DNA of 45,912 nucleotides, filler included, from Catajapyx aquilonaris (taxonomy: Eukaryota), in the NCBI GenBank assembly GCA_000934665.2. It is 2 parts of 2 records of this genome, joined end to end, with 100 filler letters (N's around TTAATTAATTAA, not from the genome) between each part and the next. Parts side by side here need not be neighbours in the genome. Positions count along the whole stretch, not along the records: positions 23,159 to 45,912 come from KZ539423.1; 1 more part is not named here. The stretch is one strand, 5' to 3'. Made by a program: the position numbers and the translations under genes. Shown here piece after piece: positions 31,901-45,912 of the stretch (positions are counted from its first letter, which is position 1; the number at the start of each line of letters is the position of its first letter). The notes beneath the pieces were generated by a model that was not told where the DNA came from, searched no databases, and worked only from the letters and a program-made list of their open reading frames with translations.

Positions 31901-34900
31901 CCGCTAGATTGACCTTCTGGAGCTTCTGAAGCTTCTTGAGCCCCCCCCCATTTCCTTGGAGGGGGCCAAAACCGAGCCCTTCCGTTCACCAAATGGCACA
32001 AGTTGGGAGCATATGGCAGGCGCCCAGTTCCTAGGTTTCGCATCCGGTCTGCCCTCCTCTTCCTGTCCCCCCCCGTTGTTGTCACACTGTGCGGCACTGC
32101 TACCTGGCTAAACCTGCATAAAAGCACCTCTCCCAAACGTAATTTTCGAAGACCTAATCGATAAAATCTCCGTGCGTCATGTCCCTCCCTGCCTATAAAC
32201 CTCCCAGCCTGCAACATATCCCAAGCCTAAACGACAATGCAGCGCTGCAGTTTTGCAATTTTATTTATTCGCTTATTTGCGAGGCTTTCCAAGCCGGGGC
32301 CCCCTCATCACCTTGAATAAGGTTGCGTCCTTGTGCGGTCCAGCCAGCGTGACGGTCACGGCAGCAAACTCTTCCAAGGACTATTGTGTAGAAGAAGAAA
32401 CTAAACGCATGCCCCGGCGATACACTAGGCCGAACTTGGGGCCAACGAACAAACTCCCACGTATACTCTCTTCTCTCTCTCTCCTCCTAATTATCCTGCC
32501 CCCTTCTTTCCTTTTACATCGCACAAAACTGGCAATTTGGCCCAAAAGGAATCGCATGCTCACGTTGCCTCACTCATACACCCGGGCACTCAAAGGCACG
32601 AACCTCGAGAGTCATAGGCTATCAAATGCATGCCACATACACTCCCAGAAAAACAAAAGTCAGGCAACAAACCTAGCCATCAAATTGCTAATGAGTTACG
32701 GCCTTAAAACTATTCTGTTCTCGCATCTTCACGTCCCGAAACTATCGATTATCTTATATCTTGTTGCAAAATCAGCGAAATGATTGGAACCTGCGACGTT
32801 ATACAACAATGCAAGTGTGCAACACAATAATTTGATTTCCTTTGAACGAATCTTCATTTAGTTACATACTTTTTCGGGAGATATTCACCACCTGCGAAAG
32901 GAAGTGGCCATCTTCACTAGCGATAACACTAGTTCATGTATGTTCTAGGACACGTATAAACTTCATAGCTATAATTACAATGCTAAATACTGGAAATAGT
33001 TGCGGGTGTCAAAGTCTGGTCCAATGAGAAGCTGCCCTTAGGCGCCGCCATATTACACTGGCAATATACCGAATACAACATATAAACCAGATAACGGAGT
33101 CGATTTTGGCCTGCAGAGGTTCCAGACATGGTGGATTAAATTACAAATTAAACAGTTAGCTGTAATTTCCAGTGCTCCTGCGGCTCGAAACTTTCGCTTT
33201 CTCTCCTTTGTGTAGATGTGAGACTTGGGCAAAGGGTGCCACATTGGGAATTAAATTATCGCACTTTTTCGTCCTATTTTTATCAACCTAAAAAAGAGGG
33301 ATAGCTATAACTAGTCAACTAGATCCATCCTGTTCTTACAGGATGCCGACGGTCAAGCGACCCATTAAGTGAGAACTGGGAGCCATCATAGGACCATTAC
33401 CCGGGCCCAGGGATTGCAACAAGGAAGTGTAACGGCTATTATTGGGAGGGCCTATCTCATATCCTTTATAGGTCCGAGCAGAAACCGAAGCCGCAGTGCT
33501 GGGCTCCAGGCAGGGCATTTGCGTATACCTCCAGTCCAATAGAGCCTGACCACGTGACCAGTCAATCGCGCACAGTAACGCGAAACTTTTCGAGAAATTT
33601 GACTCGAGGACCCGATTTATTCCCCCCCTCTCTCTGCTGGGAACCCCAAGGCTATGCGCAAGTTATAGTTACCAGTGGTCATACTTAGGCCCTAACCCTG
33701 CTTCGTTGCAGGTCTATAAAATCGGATCTCCAGAAAACCCATTGTGCTATCTCAGTTATATAAAAACCTGGCCAAAAACCAGATGGTTTGAGGCCCCGGC
33801 TATAAAACCGAGCTCAAGTACACGACGGCGGGCAGTCCATAAAACGCACCCTGAAGGAGAAAAAAAATCACTTCCAATTTTAGTGTAAATGTCAAAATTC
33901 TACTGACGTGGACCTGGAGAGACCAGCTGCGCATCCGCTCTTTCAAAGATAAATGTGCATAACTTCTCTCAAGGTGTGACTGGCCTATTATATTCGACTC
34001 CAGTCACGCTTCTTCTTCTCCATCCCCCCCCAAAAAAGGTGGGCTTGGATGAGAGGGCGCGTTTCCTTTTGTGGTCCACGAGGGGAAGGTGAGCTTTTAC
34101 ACGCTCCGTTTCTTTTCAAACCCGATCCCTCATTGCTGGGCTCCAGGGAACCATTCCCAGCTTTATTATGATCGGTTCAAGTGCCCGGAGATAATTATGC
34201 CGGCTCGGGGAGGTCACCGCGATATTGTCTGTATCCCCAACACGCAAAAAAACAAAAAACAAAAAAAAAGGCCGAGTTGGAGCTCACCAAAAAAATTTGG
34301 CACACAAAAACCGCAGGAATCGACCGATCTTACACATACACGGCTTTTCATCCGCTCACACAAAAACAGTCCACAAACACACACTTATTTAATTAATCGC
34401 GGGCGACGGACCCCCATCCCCAGCCTGGGTCCTAAATAGGCGATCGCAGCTCAACAGCAATGTGGTCCAGCTCTGTTTATGGCGCCAATGGGATGATGAT
34501 GTCAGTGTGGCCATGCTGCGGCCACGCTTATCGTGCTCGGGCACATGTGTCTTACTACCGTACATTACACTGAAACTAACTGGCACACCGCTAGGTATCA
34601 GCATTTAACCACGCAATCACAACCTTGGCCTGCTGCTGTGAAGCTCAGCGCCACTTTATGCCAAAAAATGAAATTATTTAATAAAGAGAGCTACCGATAT
34701 AAAAATTTGTTGCAGCGAGCGTGTGCAACATTTTCCGAACTGATTTTGTAATTTTTTGCTGCTATAAGCCCGCAGCGAATTTTAATATGATGACGTACAG
34801 GTTAATCAATTTACACGTTGAAAAATTATAGTAACGCACACTGTATATATTCCTGAAACTCCCATTATCAATTTCCAGTCCCTCGGAAGCTCTTCTTCCT

Positions 34901-37900
34901 GATCGCAACTAACTCATTACTTAAGAATGAAAATTCAAATGTGGGAAAATACCCCAAGTCTCAGAAGCCTCTCTGGTTTTCTCAACCCTTGTTTGTCTTC
35001 GAAAGACGCCCTCTTTTTTTATTTCCCTTCTTCTTCTTCTCCAACATTCCTTACCCTCCTTCCCCCAGCACAACCCCGGGTCCCAATCTCATTCATTGCC
35101 ACCCTTCTCCATGCAGGATGCCAAGCAGAATTATTGATCGAAGAGCCGCAACCGATTCTGAATAATTAACGTCTCTTCTCCGGCCAAATTTGAAGACAAA
35201 CACAGGCGTACAAGTTTTAAAAGCCCTCTTCGTACTCATTAGACCACGGTTAGGAAAATCCCAGCTCTGCTTCTCTCTACCTTACCCTGCAGCCTTCTCT
35301 CGATTTTGCAGACACTCCATGAAGGTATGAGGTTTCATCCTGGCAAGTCCCAGCAAAAAGCGAAATTACTTTTTTTTTTAAGGTTGCCAATATGCGAGCT
35401 GGTCGTGAATTCCAATAATCAATTTTGCAATTTTCGTGTCACTTTTGGCACGCATGTTTCGCACCATGCCAATGTGAGTAAAATGCAATGAGACATGCCT
35501 GGAGGGGAAAAAAGACTCTTTGGTCCATCCTTCAGAATGAAAGGGGATTCGTATCGGCAACACCGAGACGGCCCATGGAATGCGGTTGCCTCGACCCCCA
35601 AACACAAATGAGCAGGTGCCAGGCCGCTTCTCTTTGTCTCTCGCATCCTTTTCTTTCGCTTCTTTTTTACCTCTGCATTTTTTCCTCCTTTCCCCCCTCC
35701 CCTTTTGGAGGAGGCCTTCCACTCCCAGCCGCCGCTCAAAAATTCCCAGCCAGTCAAGGCCAAGGGGGGGAAAGGATAAGGACACCATCCGGAAAAACAC
35801 TATCTGAGTACAAGTTCAAGGTAGGTCTGCTCGGCTGTGGGTAACCTGTTCCTGCAGAACAAATCACACGAGCACACGTGACCAAAGGGAAGGAGAGGCA
35901 ATAGGATGAATAGAGAGAGTTTTTTTTTAAAAAAAGGAGCATGGACTTGCTCAAAACTCGACGGACAACAGTGAGGAATTTTAAATCAACTGCATTCTCT
36001 TTTTTTCCTGCTGGCGATTGAGAAATGCAGAATATCACGGCGCACATGCTTGACATTTTACAACGCGGTCCGAGTCGGATCCGAAGGCTCTATTGTTGAA
36101 TATTTTGCCTTCCAGGCGTTAATGTGGTTAGCCTACCCAGAATGGCACGCCTTTCAGACAAGGACGGAATTTTTTCTCTCTTTTAAAGCGGGGCATGCCG
36201 CCATAGGCTGAAAATGGAAGCTGCATCCTCCAGCGTGTCCAAGCCAATTAACTCGCATCCTTAAAATTTACGAGTGGCTCCACTTCCCTCGACTGTTCAG
36301 GACTACTGCGTTATGCTGCCAAGGTTGTATCTTGGTTGGAATATTTATCCTAACAGTTATGAGCTTCCCTGCAGCGCATGCTTCTTCGCAGGGGTTGACT
36401 AACTGCCAGGATGTAAAAGGGACACACAGTCTAAGGCTTACAGACATTAGTCAAAAAATAATCCTATACGCAACAACATCTCTCGATATACTGTATGAAA
36501 CAGAAAGTTTGTCTGTACGTCCGGGCTACCTAACCCACTTGCAGACTACTATAAACTTATCAATTCCTGCTTCAAAGAACGGGTTTTCTGCTAGTTTAAA
36601 AATCGACTCATTCTAGCCACATTATGGCTGGCTCTTCAGGGTAACAGTTGTTTACTTCTATCCTTTTTAAATACATGTTTCTATAGGCTGTTACCCCGGA
36701 TAACGTCCTACAAATTACTGGCGCCATGAATCCACAGTTTGGTGGCTACTTTTAAACTGTTTTGGCCAAATAAATTTCGCGACTTTTGCGGTGAAGTAAC
36801 GCACTTTTTTTTTCCTGCGTATTTTATTTTCTTCCCTTCCGAACCCACACCTTCTCGTGCGCGGCCGGTTATGAAACCGCAATCCAAGTGCTCTTACCAT
36901 TAGTCTGCCAGAGTAAATGAGTAATTGGCCCAATCCCCAGCAGCCCCGTCCTAATTACCGGGCGCCTCAACTTTCAATAAATACTAATTGTAAGCGAAGG
37001 CGCGTCAACTGATACACGGGAAACAGTTAGTGGGTCCCAAATCGGGCGATTGCATTTTGAGTGACTGGTCCAGAATTGGGCCGCAAGCCTTCTCACAGTT
37101 AATCACTCGTGGCAAATTACAGCAGTAGGAAAAAGCCACAAATCTTCATCTGGGCGCTTCCCGGAGTCATCTTGGGATGGAAAACACGAGCCTTCCTCCT
37201 TCCCCCCNCCCCCCCCTCTCCCTTCCCACAATCGGAGAAACCTTCTTCCGGCCTTCTACTCCATTTGGCTCAAACCTCAAGGGTTCCGATCTGCTCACGG
37301 TTGCAGGCTCCAACTAACGATCTAAGTCAGGGCTTTTGGGAGGCTTTGGCCTGAAGGGAAAAAGGTATAGCAGCCAGTCCAAGAGAGGAAGGAAGGTACG
37401 GAGGAAGGGCTATAAATCCATAACACAATAGTGACAACCGAAACCAATTCCCTGCCGGAACAGTATTCATGCCACGGATCCAGTGTTTTGCGACTATCGC
37501 CGCCAAGGAAAAAAAAACCCTTGTCTCGCAGTCTCCTGGGGATAACGTGGGGGTACACCAATGACCGGACTTATCTCTCGGGCAAGCCTTATGTCGGCAG
37601 CAGTAAAGCCTCCATAAAAAATAAGAAGCGAGAGAAGTACGAGGGGATGATCCAGAATTTCCGCGTGACCAGCAATCCGTACGATGCACGTTGAAGAAAA
37701 CTACATAACCTTGTCCATGAGAAGATATAAATTACCGAGTGGGAGTAATTGCTACTCCAGGCTGCACTAGACCCTGCTTTCTTTGTGTCGAAAAAGAAAC
37801 TAATTGCACAGCAGCCTTATTAGCCACACACAAGTTCCACTCTTTTCTCAATATTGCATTTTCAGCTACTGTATACATTTATTCGCCGCATTTATTTCTC

Positions 37901-40900
37901 TAAAGTAATCACTTCCTCGTGCCTTGTCCGCCGTGGGCTTGGCATTTCGCTCGAGGCATGAAAGAGAGCTGAGCCAGATGGGCATTGTCTTGACTGCATG
38001 ACTCTCTGCCTACGCTGGCAGTTTTGTACTATCCGGTATTGTGCCAAGCTTGAAAGAGGGAAAGCTTATCCTTCCTGGCACATTTTTAAATTTCCTTGTG
38101 TCTCCTGTCGGAGAATTATGTCCTGGCCAAAGGCTTACAGCTTTTGAATCCACCCTTTTTGAAATGGCATCACACGTCGGAAAAAAGGCATGCACAGTAC
38201 GGATATTCTGCAATTAATTCACGCAAATGTTAATTAATGTAATGCTGGTCGATGATCATTAGCTACGTGGAAAAGCTGCAAAAATTTACTTCATACGACA
38301 ACAAATCGTATATTTACACTTCTTACACTCTCCGCGTGTCCTAACTGTCACTAATTTGTTATCTCATTTTCCATATTGAAATTTACCTAGCTGCTCGCAA
38401 TGTTTATTTATTTATTTTAAAGAGCAGTTGTAACCAGCTTATCACAAGTTTTAATGGGTGGCAGCAGGTATACCACTGTGTGACACTGCACTCTATTCAA
38501 TAAACATCATCATAACCACCAGACGTTGCAACGTGTTGTGGCCATTTCCCAGATGGTAAAACCAGGTTAAAATATTTGCACTAGGAGATAAAACCGGGGC
38601 CAAAGCAATCCCCATTTTATGTCAATGTGTAATCGACAACACCCTGCATAATGGTCGTGGCAGGTGAGCTGACAAAATAATTAATGCATCGAATGTGACA
38701 AATGTCCCTTTTTTTCCTCCAAGCTGACATACCCCGCAGTTTGCAAAATTATCCTTGTCCACTCCCCATCCTCTTTTTTTTAAAAAGTGGGGGCCAGGGA
38801 AGAAGTAGGCCAAGTGGGCATGTTGATGAAGATGGATTTAGCCACCCGCAGATGACCTGGCGTCGGAACAACCGCAGAACAAACCACGTGCCAACCTGAG
38901 AGAAGCCATTCGCAGTAGCTCAGGGGACTGGAAAAAGCCGAACTGGCCCCACCCTATACCACCTCATCTTGACCCATCCTTCAGGCAAGAAGCAAACAAA
39001 TGAGGCGGGGATCAATCAGCCGAATTGCAGACACTCACTCGCACACGGGCATTTCAGGAATCCGCCAATTTCCGCCCCCCCAGACAAAAAGCTCCCCAAC
39101 CCAATTCTTCTTTTCCTTATACCGCCCTTGCTGGTATAAACGCACCCCGCTTCCTCCAGTAAACAATTCTGCTGCCGAAAATATCGGGGCAATGGTTTTT
39201 TTTTTGGCCCACCCCCGTTGCGTAAACCGGCCTGTCACTCTTTTCTCCTGACCAGCTTCTCTCCCTGTGCAAAAAGGAGGGGTCTTTTACTGCTCACCCC
39301 AGCAGCCTCTCTCACAATGGGATTCGTGTTCAACGGCTATTTCAGCCCCGGAATGCGACTGCCTTCGCCCGGAAATAGATCCATCTCCCCTCGTTACAAG
39401 AACAGCCAGTCTGTCTTCCCAATACCCAGCGGCTGGCACTTGTAAGGTGAGAGAGAAGAGAGAGACAGAGGCTGCTGGGGCCAAACCACCACCATCCTGC
39501 CCTTTTTATATTCGATCAGTATATGTCGCCGTCTGGGGTTTCACTGCCTGGAAGAGTCTATAACTCCATAACGTCCAGGGTAACTGACGCGACCCCTGCG
39601 CATTATTTGGGTATAGAACGGGCCGTAGCAGGGCCTCTAAGGCATTGGTTATGGCATGAGGAGAGAGCTATTCATGTGGGCATTGCCTCTTCTTACTCTA
39701 AGTGTTAAGTGGTCTAAGTGGCCGGGGTTGAGCAGGTTGCGGTAAATTATTTCAAGAAATTACTATGATATGCTGCACAACTGTTCACGTGCACTGTTGC
39801 GACATATAATTCCTAGCATTTGACGCGTGGAGTGACACATGTCATAATTTTGCGGAGAACAGCAATAGATGCTCCGCATGTAATTACACCAACAGTCACG
39901 TCCACCAAAGTGAGTTACAATATCCGTGAGGGTGTGGATTTAAAAAAAATAGTACAGACAAAACTAATGCCGGTTTCTCTGAAGGCCTCGGCCTTTGAAT
40001 AATGAATAGCTCACGCAATAAGCGTTATAATAGGCGATTGTGTAACATACTAACTGCTAACAATCGCAACCTTGGGTTTTAATCTGGCGTGACCGCGCAA
40101 CAACGCGTGTCAACATTTTCAATTCGTTTTTACCTCGTGACATCACCAGGGGCATTCCGGACGTTGACATGCTCACATGATTACAGCAGGGTTCAATTAG
40201 ACGATTGCTCTCTCTGTACACCGGTCAGCTTCTCAAGGCAATTACATAGTGGCCGTGTATAATTCAGCCTTTCCTGCTCAAAAACGAGAAAGAAAACGTG
40301 CAGGCAACAATGTGGCACGGATATGCAGAAGCGGGGTTGAGACGTGCATTTGATTAAAACCGGGCAGAAAATCCCCTTCAATTAAGTTGTAAAACAGCGG
40401 AATCCGGGCGAATCCGGCGAGGAAAACCACCGAGTTTATTTCCCCAGACCGGTTCGGGACCGAGAGAAAATAGGTGCCAGGGATCCCATGCACAAGACGA
40501 GAAGCGGCTCATCCTACTTGACATGCAAAGTTTCACGCCCCTGCGATAGGCCCCAAAGAAGATGGAAAAGGACGGCCTAAAAAAAATAGACAGGAGGTGG
40601 GCGAATATGCCATTAACAGGTTGGGGAAAGGGGTGAAAAAAAGGAGTTCCTTTTGCCTTTTCTGTCTGGGCAAACTTTCAGGGTTCAAATCCCACTCTAT
40701 CTCATTCGTGCAGCGGGTACTATCATTAACCCAGGCAGGATCCCCCGGAGTCTATATTTTTGGCAAAGGGCCCGCTTCACGCCCGTGGTCAGACCTCAAG
40801 TGCTCCGTAATTGTTTGGCCACATTTGGTGCCCCATAAGCAGTATCCTGAAAGCGGCAACCAGACACGCTTAAAAGACTGATCCTGGCATGTAGGCATCC

Positions 40901-43900
40901 CATCACGTTGCAGAACTTTCAGGATGAAACCCTCTCGAAGCTGTAAGGGTAAACAATGCTGTGCATACCAACAACCACTGACTCATTAAGGGCCGGTGCA
41001 AAGTTTGACCAGGTAGCTAATTATAGCTCACGGCCGAATCATGATTGATGCAACACCAAGGGAGGGCTTGGTTGGTACAGTACAGGATAGGGGGGGCCCA
41101 GAAAAACATTCGACGCATTACACTACAGTTAAGTAATGAAGCCAACATAAATATTGAATTGGGCAAGTTGCGCAGGTTCGTATGCACTTGCTTTACGGTC
41201 CACCAAGCATCAGCCACACGCTTACTTAATCGATCTGGAACGGACCCGATCCCTGCCAAACACTTGCCCCAACTTTGCTCTCTCAGGTGCATAGAAGGAG
41301 GGGCAGGAGGGGGATCCTGACCCAAACCTCNNNNNNNNNNNNNNCCCCCCCCCCCCCCCCTTTTCCCTTCTCTGTACAGTGAAGCAGAAGCACAACTCGG
41401 GTCCGGACCAATCTCCGGGGCATCTCCAGAGACCAGGCCATAGATTAAGCGCTCCAAGTGCCCGTTTTCAAGCCCGACTACATTTTTAATGAAGACGGAT
41501 GGAGAGAGGGGTGGGAGGGACTCAAGACTCCGGAAAGAAAAGCCAAACAACAGCAGAAAATGTATCGCATCTTGCACTCCGCAATTCTACATTAATATTT
41601 ACGCCTTTTTTTTGGACGCAAGGATGGCGATGGTTCAGTATACAGTGTGTAGCTCACCCGGTACCAGCTTGCATGAAAAGGGGCCAAAGCCAAGTCCATC
41701 TCTGCCTGGTCCAGACCTGCATCGATATGCAGATATAATTCGTTTCATTTTACAGGCCACGGCTCTTTTTGAGTCCGCTGGAAATTTAAGCAAGCCGCAT
41801 CATCTGCTATTGATAGGTGGATTTTCCCGCTCGGGACCCTACCGATAGTCGGCTCTATAGCTATCCCTTTATAAAGTTGAACCCGCGGCGGACATTCGCC
41901 AAGTTCGGAAATAGACGCGCGAACCCGGTGCCAGGGGGGACGGATGCAGACTAATCATCCCGTGAATTACGCCATTACTTCCTGCCACCACTTCTTTTCC
42001 AGTGTGGACAGAGGGAAATAAATTGGGACGCATTATGGCACCCCAAAACGTCTCTGGCAATCCAAAATTCGCCAAAGCCGCACAGAAAAGGAGTGAGGTA
42101 AAGGGGAAAAAAGTAAAAGAAGAAGAAGAAGAAGAAGAAAAAAAATCATTCTCTCCCTCCACAGCATCACCCAAGCCCTTCTTACCCCAAGCAAGGTCCA
42201 AAATCCCTTCCAATCCCTTCTGCTTTGTTCCGTCCACAATTGGACCTCCCTTTTCGTCAAAGGTAACCCCCGACCCTAGGTGGGGGAGGATTTGGGCTTA
42301 ACGCTTTTTTTTTTCTCCCCCCTTCTTCCATCGCCAGGCAACCAGCGCCAGAAACTTGCAAGATCCTACTTTTCATCCGGCCCCAAATCTTCCAGGATCA
42401 AAAATGGTTGGCCGGACATTTTTTCCCCCCCAAAATGAAGGGGGCGAAACGGATCTTATCGCACACTGCAACTTCCTCCGACAGGATAGAATAAGGTTAC
42501 CTTCACGCTCAGCACACCTGAACCATGCACTTGCACCTGAAGGCTTGGTTTCTCAACCAAGCATAGTAGTTTAAAACAAAATTGCCAAAATATGTAGCTT
42601 AGAAGCTGGGCAAAGACCTTGGTCATAGTTGAAGAAGGACACTTGTTTATACTCCCACTCCAAATATTCTCCTAATATTAGATTTTTGTGAAAGTTGCCT
42701 GGAACAGCAAGGTGGATTTTTACTAATTAAATCGGGCAGCATTTTCCTGTATTCTGCAAGTCATATCTTCGGACAATGCTTTTTATCATCATCCAACATA
42801 TTTTTCATCCAGTACACTTTTTTTCCCCCGTTCCTTCCAGTCGGAACCACCGGCGCCTACGTGAATTTTGCGGGACCATGTTTTTCGACTGGATGTTCCC
42901 ACCACACAGCCTGTGTGTATGGTTGGGTCTGCATTGCCCACGGCAAATATACCTGCTACAATGCCGCTTGGTAAAACAAAGCAAGGGGCTCATGAGCTAC
43001 AATTTTGGTCCGGGTTTTTGTTCCGTTCCAGCCATCCCCCCCCCCAACCCTCGCTAAAAGCTGGTAACTTTGTACTGTCTGGTTGCAACATTGGCTGCGG
43101 GTAGTCTGAAGGAAAACTACATGTTTGATACAAGCCATGAGCGAATCAGAGCCAAATATGTGCACAGTACGCAGGATGGATCGCCATGGCTTTCTTGACA
43201 GTACTGGATGCTTAAACCCAAATGTTATGTGGCAAAAAAAAATTGCTAAAACACTCGCTTATTCATGTATGATGTACACATTATGTGCTGTTGAATTATA
43301 CACGGCAGAATATTAAAGTGACTTTACTGTACATTTTCTTTCATGAGTTAACTACCTTAACGAGAGCCGATTGCCAACTGTAAATCCCCTAGAGCCACGT
43401 ACTAAAATAATAACCTGTGTATATATACGTCGTGCAGCAGAACCATATACGCTATTAAAGTGTATAATTCAGTAATTGAAAACAACACCTGGCTTCAAAA
43501 TATTATTACCGGGCCATTTATTTTGCACCGGACCCAGTTCAGAACTGGTTGCTATACGTACTGTATTGCCAACCCACCCAATTTTATGAGCATGTTTCAA
43601 TATTAGAGAGCTTCTCTATTCAATATGCTGTACTGCAGAGGAATTATGTTGGCACCAACAGATTAATGCAATCATGTACCTAGCAACCAAATGGAGCACC
43701 GAGCCCAGTTTACACGGATGTTGTGCAAAGTATGTCCCGAGTTCATATTGCCTGCAGCTTGGAGCCTTCAGAGCTTACTAGATATTCCAGCAGATTTGAG
43801 TTGGACACCCTGTAAGAATTCATCTTTCCCCGGTTGCATTTTGCAAGCCCACCCCAAGGCTTCATCTCTAATTCGACATAGACTAACATTTTTTTCTCTC

Positions 43901-45470
43901 TCCCCCCATCCAGAATAAACTTCCTTTTTATTCCCCCAGCCTCTTCCTTTTTCTATCTCTCTCTTCTCTTTCTGTATATTCCCCGAGATGCTGATTAATT
44001 AGCAAGTTGGCTGGGCAAACAACTCGGGGGCACTCCTTTGAAAAGGTCGACACGTATTAGTGCCTACATGATCTTTTTTAATTAACTAGGGAAACACGAC
44101 AGCAGACTTGAGGGATCAATGTCTGTCGGGTCGAGGGAAGGGGGGGTTGGCTGGCGGGCTTTTCAACAAGCCTTGTCACTGAAAAGTCCGCCTGCATGAC
44201 ACGCAACAGACCGTCATGGTAACGCATTTAAGACAACTCCGCCGAAACTCGCTTTGACATTCCACAAAGAGGCAGCCTATCAAAAGGAGGGCACTACCAG
44301 GGCTAAACAGAAATGATTAAACTCATTTTCTCCTCTCCTTTGACATCGAACTCTTCCTGCTCCGATCGCCCACCATTTTTGCCCCCCCTCCCCATAGACT
44401 CAACCTGGGGGCGGCCCATGTATTCGACTAAGAAAGGACCTTTTTGCCTTTCAGTGCAATAGTCCTTCTTCCATGGCTCTGCTTCAATAAGAGCATTATC
44501 GCAAGAAATTGAACGTGCAGTTTCAATGTGTAAAACATATCAAAAGGTACCGTACAGGTCTTTCCTGGCATTATGCAAATCAGTGCCGGTTATTACTTAA
44601 ATGATAGCCGTACCATTCATCTATGCCTCACTACTCCCCAGTTACTCAGGTGAAAGAATGTAATTCCCCGAATATGACAATTTTTAGCTCATTATCATAC
44701 TTAACTTCGCAGTGAAGTTACATCAAAATGAAGCAGAGCGTACAAATTAACAATTGCAAGGTATCCTATTGTGAGAGGCGGGCTTGATCCTCCATTGCAA
44801 TACGGATTTCACGCACCGCTGCGATTTCGGGCAGGAATATGAATGCAACAATACAATTATATCACGTTGACTTATTTTCAGAGCTGATAAATTTAAACGA
44901 GCGTTAAAAACTTCCTAAAATAACACCACAGAGACATGGAAATGTTGGCTCATAAATATGCCCCGAATGTAATCGCGTGAAAAATATGTTATTTCGACCC
45001 ACCATTGCACTGCCGCATTTTTTTCCCTTAAAAAAAAATTGCTTTTCCTCTGACTATATGCAGAGCCGTATTTACCTAAGTAAAAAAAATATTTTCGCTC
45101 ATCCCAACACTATACATCCAGCAATACATTTGTCCGCAGCTCTGAAGGGGATGTAAAAATCCGCGGAATTATTTAAAAAGGTGGGACGTGTGAAGAGTTC
45201 CTTTTCTCTATCCATGCCTATAGCACCCCATTTCATTTAAATGCCACACTTTTCCCTTGCGGATTCTTTTCACTCCCACCAAATGGAAGGAAAGGTTTTG
45301 TTGGTTGAAGTGCTCTGCCACTAGGCTTTACTGTTACTCTCAAGTGAAGTTGGTGGATCTAATTGTCCCTTCAGGTGCGACATCCCAAATATTAAAAGTT
45401 CACTTTCCGATGCGAACACAAAAAGCTCACTCGGGACGCAGTCACTCCTTCTTCATTTTCTTCAACTTTT

Positions 45471-45474
<4 letters not shown>

Positions 45475-45516
<42 letters not shown>
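45475..45516. repeat. (TC)n microsatellite
   Basis: Direct reading. Confidence 0.97.
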
Positions 45517-45520
<4 letters not shown>

Positions 45521-45912
45521 CCCCGTCACTCTTAAAGGGAGAAGAGCACGGCTGAACAACGACTTTAAAAAAATAAAAAAAAGTCAGCGTGATACTAAAA
45601 TCCCATCCTGAAAAACGACGCCCAAGTTCTGACCTTCTCTACGTGACAAACACTTCTAGGAGAAAAAGTTTTTCAATAAGCCTCCCCCGAAACTCTCAGT
45701 CACTCAGGAAATCTTCGTTCACAAAGGTTTTCTACCAAAACTTTTTTTTTTCGACAATTTCTTTTTATATGAAGTGACATATCGATGACCAACTCCACAA
45801 CGCCGTCGAGTGTGGATAATTATTATTTAATTTCCATTAAATGGCTCCCAATATCCAACATATTCAAACTGCGCTTAGTCGTCCACATCCAGCGACCGTT
45901 TTATTCAAACTA

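Noticed and set aside
37431..37694. Coding-looking ORF ending ...KYEGMIQNFRVTSNPYDAR
   Set aside because: No recognisable domain or partner exons. TACGAGGG at ~37638 resembles a lone decayed mariner-type TIR start. A BLASTX hit or RNA-seq coverage would be needed.
1..45912. CRISPR arrays, rRNA genes or prokaryotic operons
   Set aside because: No repeat-spacer periodicity or rRNA motifs were seen. Spliceosomal introns, a SINE and microsatellites show the DNA is eukaryotic.

Overview
Eukaryotic, probably arthropod, genomic DNA in two parts joined by an artificial 100-bp linker (44 N + TTAATTAATTAA + 44 N, 23059-23158). The left part (1-23058) holds one complete spliced gene on the + strand, an SLC22/MFS organic cation transporter of the carcinine-transporter-like type. 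It has 10 coding exons over 9040-17816, all introns GT-AG with consistent phases, giving about 590 aa. The gene sits among dense mobile DNA: a tRNA-derived SINE with a 14-bp TSD, Tc1, mariner and hAT (Buster/Charlie) transposase remnants, and many MITEs and foldbacks. The most unusual structure is a pair of related 373-390-bp insertions (20695-21084 and 21789-22161). Each has a perfect 8-bp TSD and CA...TG ends but no terminal inverted repeats. Each carries an internal ~290-bp spacerless palindrome whose arms co-vary within the copy and whose asymmetric core is flipped between the copies. The right part (23159-45912) has no recognisable protein-coding or transposase sequence, apart from a probable minus-strand first exon ending in ATG|GTAAG at 28369. 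All calls were made by eye without database searches. Almost all ORFs in the supplied track look spurious.
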